From the human T2T-CHM13v2.0 reference genome, Homo sapiens, in assembly GCF_009914755.1 (NCBI RefSeq), contig NC_060927.1: a DNA stretch of 64,000 nucleotides. One strand, 5' to 3'. Each line of letters starts with the position of its first letter. Position 1 is the stretch's first letter. Below are positions 56,876 through 64,000 of the stretch, one piece after another. A program made the translations under genes and the position numbers. The notes beneath the pieces are model-generated. The model searched no databases and was not told where the DNA came from. It worked only from the letters and a program-made list of their open reading frames with translations.

Positions 56876-57234
56876 GAGCATTTATTATTTTTCCCTCTCA
56901 AAAGAATTTCAGATATTCTGGTTAAATCTCACCCCATATTTTCTCTTCCCGTTTTTGAGGGAGGCAGGAAAACAGGATTCAGTATGGGCATAGCAGAAGA
57001 CTGAAATCTCATTCCAAGCTCATAGTTAAAAAGAAGTCTGCATATGAACCCATCAGTAGAGAAGTGGCTAAGTGGTTGTGGGATTCATAATTAACCATGA
57101 CTTTCTCTCTTAGGCTGTATTTTTGTCTCGTCCCAGCTCTTCTGCCTGTTACTGACCTCACCTGTAGCTGTTTCTTCCAGCTTCCTTTGCTCTAACTTCC
57201 AGCTCATCTCTCATCTTGTTATTTTATTCATCAG

Positions 57235-57301
57235 GATATCTCCTCACCTTGCTTACGAACAGGAATTTCAGCAACATCACCCCAGAGCCCTGACTTAAAA
57301 T
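57235..57301 (+). CDS. ATXN7: 67-nt cassette exon of ataxin-7b; frameshifts the last exon (945 aa total)
   Basis: attttattcatcag|GAT ATC TCC ... TTA AAA T|gtgagg = DISSPCLRTGISATSPQSPDLK; joins the open frame running to 59173. Confidence 0.9.
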
Positions 57302-58710
57302 GTGAGGCTCTTTTTCATGATTTTTTTTCCCCTTCCTCGTCTTCAGAACTTAACTCAAATGCCAGCCGGGTTAGGACTTTTTCAGAAAATACCAAGAAGT
57401 TTCTTAGTATTTTCGTAGTGTGATATAATTTTCCTCTAATATTTGGGTGAATTAACACCCATTGCCAAAGGTATGGGGAAAATATTTGTGAATTTAACTA
57501 GCTGCATGCATTATGGGTTATTATATGTTGTTTGGCATTCTGATCATGGGATTCCTGGACAAATGAGAAGTGTGCTTTTCCTTCTTGGTTTGTAGTTACT
57601 CATTACAGTTTATAAGCATAACAGTCCAATATAAACACAGAAGACATGGTGTGCCGATTCTTCAACGCACCGTCTTTGAGAGAGACATGATCCCCACGGA
57701 AGGGGCATTCCATTGTGCTGTAATGTCCATCTCACATCTGTATTAGTGAGCACACTGTCTTCATTTAGACAGGAGTGTAGATCTTAATGCCCACAAGTAA
57801 CAAAAAGGACAGAAGGGGGGGGGGCCAGGTGGGGCACAGCAGAGATTGACAGTGCCTACTAGAAATTGGGGGGACATGGAGCAGCTGCTTCCAGACATTT
57901 GTTACCAGTTTTAAAGAGAGGCTGCAGATCTGGACTTGCATGTGAAATTTAGTTGAGATATATGTGTGTGTGTATATATATATGTATACACACACGTATA
58001 CACACACACTTTTTTTTCTCTTCTTAAATCTGGTATAGCCTATGTATCTGTGGGCCATCTTTGGCTCATGACCTGCCATTTTGCCACCTTTGATTTTTAC
58101 CATGTAGTGGCACTATGTCTTACTAGAACAACACAGACAGCCTAACTTTGGGCTTTTTCCTTAAAATCAGTTAAAATCAGTTTCCACTTAAGTTTGTGTT
58201 TGAGAGAGATTTTCTCTGTGCAGAGGAATACTTTTTATTATGCTACACAAATCCTGGGGCAAGAGCAGGGGTGCTTGCTTAGAGATCAAAGGATCATTGA
58301 ACCCCAAGAAGTATTGCACATTTTTATGTCTTTGTTCATTTATCGTATAGCTTTCATAAGAATCTCAAAGGGACTCGTGACCCCAAAATGCTTTAAAGAA
58401 TGCTGCTGTTACAAAAGTAGGGACCTCTACTTGCTGTTCCTTGTGGAGCTGCCATTAAAACAAAAATAACTGGGCTAGTTGAAGTTTTCTAAACAAGGGG
58501 ATGAAGAGTGGGACATGCTGGGAAGCCTAGGAGATGATGGGGTTGGGTAGGCACCCCCAAGAGTCTGTTCATGGCCTGTGCCACCAAAGATGTAAAAGCC
58601 CACTGTGAATGCCAGAGTTTCCTCCTCCCCAGCATGGGCACTGCCTTGAGTGCGAACTGTCACACCTGTGTGTGCTAGCCCTTGACCTTGTTCCCTTCTC
58701 AGTTAACAAC

Positions 58711-58763
58711 CTGGAATACCTTCAAGGACACAAAAGCACTGGAATACCTTCAAGGACACAAAA
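58711..58763. repeat. Perfect 25-bp direct repeat (period 28)
   Basis: ctggaataccttcaaggacacaaaa at 58711-58735 and 58739-58763. Confidence 0.95.
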
Positions 58764-59063
58764 TCAGTAAATAAAACCAAAAGGCAAACATAAGAGCCTT
58801 TTCTCTAAGTTAGAAACCCAGGCCTGCAACTCTTCTAGCCAGTTGGCTAGAAGTGAATCTTTGCAATGATTGTGCCCAGTAGTAGTGAAGGCATTTGAAA
58901 GCTAAGAACAAAATCTATAGCTGACTGTTCCTGGTGTCACTCAGTCAATGGAGACTTTAGTAGCGTGCAGCCTTTGGAATATTCTTGTTTAGAATCAATA
59001 GAGTGCAGTGTACAAACGCTTACTTACCATTTCATTATTTCCCCACCCCCTCTTTTTTGAAAG

Positions 59064-59081
59064 CCAAAGGCACGTCCCTGA
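59064..59081 (+). CDS. ATXN7: Final exon coding part, isoform a (PKARP*)
   Basis: tcttttttgaaag|CCA AAG GCA CGT CCC TGA; phase 0 with the donor at 56097. Confidence 0.95.
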   Translation, partial: PKARP

Positions 59082-59173
59082 CAGCTGAAAATAGCACGGG
59101 GAGGAATAATGCGGACACTTTTGAGGACAAGTTACACCTCCACTCAGCACTCTGGACTCCACGATGCCTTTGA
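59064..59173 (+). CDS. ATXN7: Final exon coding part, isoform b frame
   Basis: T|CC AAA GGC ACG... = SKGTSLTAENSTGRNNADTFEDKLHLHSALWTPRCL*; same frame as ORF 58985..59173. Confidence 0.88.
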
Positions 59174-61850
59174 GTCTGTTTTCCCAACCTCCTGTGGGCC
59201 TCAAGGGTAGAAACCTGCCGGGCTGTTGTTTTAACGAGGATTTCCCTGAAGCTATGTCTCTAGCAGTGAGTACTCATAAAGGACACTGGATCAAGTTCAG
59301 CCACCGAATTGCTTTTATCAGTGTTAAAGTGGTCTGAACTGCTTGCTACCAATCTGTGAGAAGTTTTTGTTTTTGTTTTGTTTTTTAACTTGCAGTATAT
59401 CACAGAGCCACTCTTCAAGTAGATTGGCTGGGCAAAAGAATGTTTTGGCAAGAGCGTTACTGTAGACCTTTCTCCCTCCTTCCTTTTACTACCATTTTTT
59501 TTTAACACTGTCATCTGTAGGTCACTCTCCAGCAGTTAGGCACCTTAACTGGAGACCAGAAACCTTCCAGAGAACACAGGGCTGCATCCCGAGCAACCCT
59601 CTGAAGAAGGGAATTAGGCTTTAGATTTTGATAGCAATGTTCCAGGAATGAAATATAGATGTTAGCCCAAGACACCATGACAAAATAGCCCAGCCTTTTG
59701 AGAGTAATTTGGGAAAAGAAGCTGTCAGAAGTTTCTAACTTACAAACTGGTTTGAAATTTTTGATGCCCAGACAGCAAGTATAAATCATTTTGGAGGCTT
59801 ACTTTTCATGATACAAAAGCAATTCTGTGTGATTTTTTTTTTTAAGAAGAAAGAAAATGCAAGCTAGTTTTGAGAAAGGAAGGCCAAATTGGGTCGGGGG
59901 AGGGTGGGAGTGAGGAAGTTAAAATCACTATAGGGAGAAAAAACTTTTTTCAAGATTTCCAAAGAGATGAAATTTTCTTAATCCTTTTAAGTTTTCATAG
60001 TAAACAGTATGGCAGATTGGGTTGGTTGTCCTACCTGGTCTATTTTTAAAAGTCACCTTTTAAAGTGACATTATTAGATACACTTAAATGTTTCCAAGGC
60101 ACTCTCTACATTACCCTTGTTTTTCTCTTTGGATACTGTCCTGGGACTAAGTGTAGATTTCTGCTTCAAGCACTTCTGGCATTGTGTGTTTTTGTATGCA
60201 CTCCCCTTCATGCCACTTCAGATGTTTATTTGGATGTGGTTGGGGACGAGAGCAGACACCAAGGAAAGGGAGTTGGAGAGAATGTAAGTCCTGACCTGAA
60301 GGTCTTTTGTGATGCATGTATAGGATTGCCCTGACACACACCCTCCTTTCTTGGGATTATACCAGCCATCTTCCTGAGAGTTTTGGAGCCCTCTAGGATA
60401 TTTTTTCTAGTACCCCACCCCCCACCCCTAAAGAAAGACCTTAATATGTTAAAACAGCATTGCTTGGAGAAGGTGTCATTGAATTCCGGGACGAGCCGGA
60501 GCCTTTAAATGGGTGCTTCCACCACTACAGGCTCCTGACACGAGTAACAGGCACTGTTGCTTAGAAGAACACACGAAGTTGCCGAACACAGGGTAAAATT
60601 TCCAAGGCGCTGATCGTTGCCCTGGCCAGGGCCTGATGAGAGCCAGTCAGTACATTCTTTTTTTCCTACAGTTCTTGGGTTTCAAACTTCAGTTTCAGGG
60701 AATTTCAAGTCAACAACAGGTAGAATGAATAAACTTGGTTACCAGCCTAATAATGTGAATTGCTACAGAATTATTCTTATTATGTAAGAAAACAAAAACT
60801 TTATGCAGATACTTTAGCTATAAATTGATGTAAAATACTGATTTTTTTAAAGGAAGGAGAGAACAGTATCTTGTTCAATTATTATGCAATCAATCAGTAA
60901 ATGTTTTTAAAATGATACTACAGGAGAGCTTAGTAAGGAGAGGGCATGGATGGGCCAGTTTGGCATAGTTGGGAGAAATCAGTCTGGTTTCCATCCCAGT
61001 CGGGGAAGAGAGAGGTGAGAGGGAATCAGAACGTACCTAGTTGATTCCTTGGTGACAAGTGCAATGGGGTATGGGTAGAATTTATTTTCAGAGCCAAGAG
61101 GACTTGATGGTTATAAATAAAGTTGCCTTTAGCAATGGAATTTACAGATCGATCATGTTGTTCCGAAAGATGTGAATAGGATCCACAATAACAAGTTGAT
61201 TCAGACTAATGTAGATATTTAGATTAGCAAGTATTGAACATTTGATTTCTTAGACTGAGGTTTTAAATGAATTTCATTATTTCTCCCGGTAATACACAGA
61301 GCATCGGGATTAGGAAATTAGCCATTTTGGATTCTGTCTGCCACAAACAGACCTATTCTAAACAGTGCTATTAAATTTTAGACTGTTGTTCAAATATTTT
61401 ATTTTCTCCTAAACTACTTTTTATGGTGATGAATAATTAAGACCATTTAAAACACGGGAGTACAAGTATTTTTTTGAATTAAATTAACTTGCAAAAACCA
61501 AATTTGCAGTGGTTGGGTTGTTTCTAGACAGACTTTGGTATCAATTTAAAACCAAGATAATTTTTATATTCTTTCCAATAGAATTTCATGACAACTCCTG
61601 CAGTTTTCTTAACCTACAAAAAAAAAAAAAAAGTGCTGCAATGATGAACAAAGAATTATACAAAACCTACTTTTGTATCTTTATTTTGGAATTTCTTGTT
61701 CTATTATAAATATGGAAGTATCCCTATTTCAGAAGACATATTTTGTTAAAAATGAATTGTACATATTTAAATATGTATTTTTGCACAGGTCTTTTTTTCT
61801 GATATCCTGTTTTGGTACAATTGAGATCATCTAGTATTTATTTATTAATT

Positions 61851-61856
61851 AATAAA
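61851..61856 (+). terminator. Candidate proximal polyadenylation signal
   Basis: AATAAA in AT-rich context with several upstream TGTA; other AATAAA at 60728 and 61116. Confidence 0.45.
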
Positions 61857-62819
61857 AGTAAATACCTTTTTATAATTTGAAGTGGTTCACTGCCAAGCCA
61901 ATAGTTCTAGAACCTGCCTCCTTTACAGTTTTAAGGGATGCCTCTGTTCTGTGAAAAGTCTTTGTCCCTTTTAGTGTCTCGGGAGTGGATTCATACAGAT
62001 GAAGTGGGCATTGCTTCTTCCTGGTTGCCTGGTTTCCCGATAGACTACATGTAACTAAGTGACACACTGCTTTTCTTTTGTTAGTATTTTATGTGTGGGA
62101 GTATGTGACTGCGTGTGTGTGTGCCTGTGCGTGTGTGTGTATACTCAGCACATGTATGTTACTATGTGATGTGGTTTAAAACTAATGGAAAAAACTGAAA
62201 GTGCCTGAAACTAGTTTTAAGCTTAGACAGAATCTCTTTAAAAAGACTTGAATGTTCAGTTGAACTTTTGGAGTTTGCTTTTTCCACCTAAATATTGTTT
62301 CTAAAATTTTAGGGGCGGAGTTGAAAACCACCAATGCTGGTAATTTTATAAGGTATTTTAAAATTAAGACCTCTTGGTTCATAGTAATTCAATTGGTGAT
62401 GGATTGCCTGGTGGCACCAAGGGTTACAGATCTTTTTGTCAGCCAGCAACTTACACGATGTGTCCGTTTTGTTATTCACTCATGAAATACAATTTAAAAT
62501 ATTTAAAATATTTTGTATTCCAAAAATATAATACAAAGAAGTACCTCTGAGAACATTGAAAAAAATGTATAATTTGAAAAATGTAACTTATAAGGGCAGC
62601 TGTCTTCCTGCAAGAGTTCTGTTGCCAAGGAATTTCTTAATGTCGCTCATTCTGTCCAGGGGGTTTGGGGCGATTGGGCTTTGAAAAAATATTCTTAAAA
62701 GTTTGTTTAGCAGAAAATAATCACTTTTACATTTTGTGCAAAACATTTTACATTTTCAGATAATTTAAATGAGCACTACATACTGTCAGTGTGAATGTAG
62801 GGCCTTGAAAGCATTTTGC

Positions 62820-62843
62820 TTTTTTTTTTTTTTTTTTTTTTTT
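62820..62843 (+). repeat. T24 tract in the 3' UTR
   Basis: Direct reading. Confidence 0.95.
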
Positions 62844-63045
62844 GAGCTTGGTTATAAAAGCAATCTCCTGTGTTAAAAACGTGTGAATAGTTTGATAATT
62901 TGTACACATAATCAAGAGCATCTCAGCTGGACTTTGTGTTGGCTGCTGTATAGAACATGAACAAATGTCAAGGGATAGAAAATTACTTTGGATATTTAAA
63001 AGAGAAGAAATATATAGTCTATTTGTTTTGTAACAAGTTTCTGTA

Positions 63046-63159
63046 AATAAAATAATTTATACTATTTATAAGAAAAGGTTGTGCTTTGCTTTATAAGAAA
63101 TTAGCTTGTGGAACAAACATGTTACTAAACGGGCAATAAAATTAGGACTTCTCAATAAA
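63046..63159 (+). terminator. Distal polyadenylation signal cluster
   Basis: AATAAA at 63046, 63135 and 63154; TGTA at 63030 and 63042; GT/T-rich tracts at ~63078-63092 and ~63181-63203. Confidence 0.75.
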
Positions 63160-64000
63160 TAAGGTTGGCTGCATGAAATATTGTACGTTTCTGCCTCGTT
63201 GTGATACTAAACCCTTTCAGTCTACTCTGACTTTTCATCACTTTTGGCATGGAACACCCTTGTGAAGCCCCTTCAATTTAGCCTTCCTCTTATATAAGCT
63301 AAATACTTCTAAGGCCTGGGGATGTTTCCATCTGGGGGCACAAAGCTTTGCTTTGGATAAATTAGTAACTGTGTAAACAGTGAACATTACTGTATTCTGG
63401 CCTTGCATGTTTGTGAAAGAAACGAGGGAGTTGATGGATTGAGAAACACATTCTATTTGTACTTAGGTGCAAATTTGATGACATGTAGTTTTGGTTTAAG
63501 ATAAGCTTTTTATCCAGACCCGGTCTAATCTCTTCCTTTCTTTTACATACCTCCCTTACTGGCAATACAAGTGCATTTTAGTATTATTTGGAACACAGCA
63601 TAATCATTTACCTCTAGAAATCCAGACATTTTTACTGTTTGCAAATAAACCATTCTGATAAATTATTTTTGTTGCTTAAAATAAGAGGAGGAACCGCTGT
63701 GTGTTAGCAAGAATGTCCATACCTGATATGAAAGAGTCATGTTGGCTTCAGTTCCTACTGCCCTGTGGACTTCCCATTCCCTCCTTACTTGAGTCAACCA
63801 TCCACTCAGTACTTTCCACAAATCTAATAATGAGGTGCTCTCTGTAGGTAAATCCTTTCACTATGGCTTGTCCTCAAACCTCCCAAGAAAAGGTTCAACT
63901 GCTCAATCTCTTAACCTTTTTAATTCCATTCCCTTGCAGGTATCCCGGCCCTGCATAACAAGATGATCCCAACTCAAGGAAAGGGGTTTAGCAGTGTTGG

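Larger units (their letters stand above)
59082..63075 (+). other. ATXN7: ATXN7 3' UTR (~4 kb, end approximate)
   Basis: Follows the stop; no recognisable interspersed repeats, unlike the introns; AU/U-rich; ends at an AATAAA cluster. Confidence 0.8.

Noticed and set aside
58711-58763. CRISPR-like direct repeat
   Set aside because: Only two units with a 3-nt spacer, in a mammalian intron with no cas genes.
63600-64000. Possible start of a downstream non-coding transcript near the neighbouring gene
   Set aside because: Recalled only from locus context; no promoter or exon evidence in the sequence itself.

Overview
Primate (by repeat content almost certainly human) genomic DNA carrying the 3' portion of ATXN7 (ataxin-7, the SCA7 gene and SAGA deubiquitinase-module subunit) on the + strand. 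Nine GT-AG coding exons splice in frame from [13 protein letters not shown] (11989) to PKARP* (59081), followed by a ~4 kb 3' UTR. The polyQ/CAG exon and the main promoter lie upstream, outside the window. Residue numbers assume the known 892-aa isoform: in-window CDS is 2285 nt, so the first exon starts in codon 132. Known alternatives are visible: an internal first exon (MEGSKTPL..., 27522-27585) and a 67-nt cassette exon (57235-57301) giving the 58-aa ataxin-7b C-terminus. Introns are full of Alu, L2, MIR, L1 and DNA-transposon fossils, plus one antisense solo ERV1 LTR. Best new leads: (1) a second candidate in-frame internal first exon (24405-24471) just downstream of CRX/OTX2-type motifs; (2) a 42-codon open frame behind the leaky-context UGA-CAG stop; (3) a uORF whose TGA directly abuts the internal-isoform ATG; (4) local templated copy events in the large intron. 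No prokaryotic-type system, CRISPR array or RNA gene is supported. Repeat family names come from recalled consensus sequences, and old-repeat boundaries are approximate.
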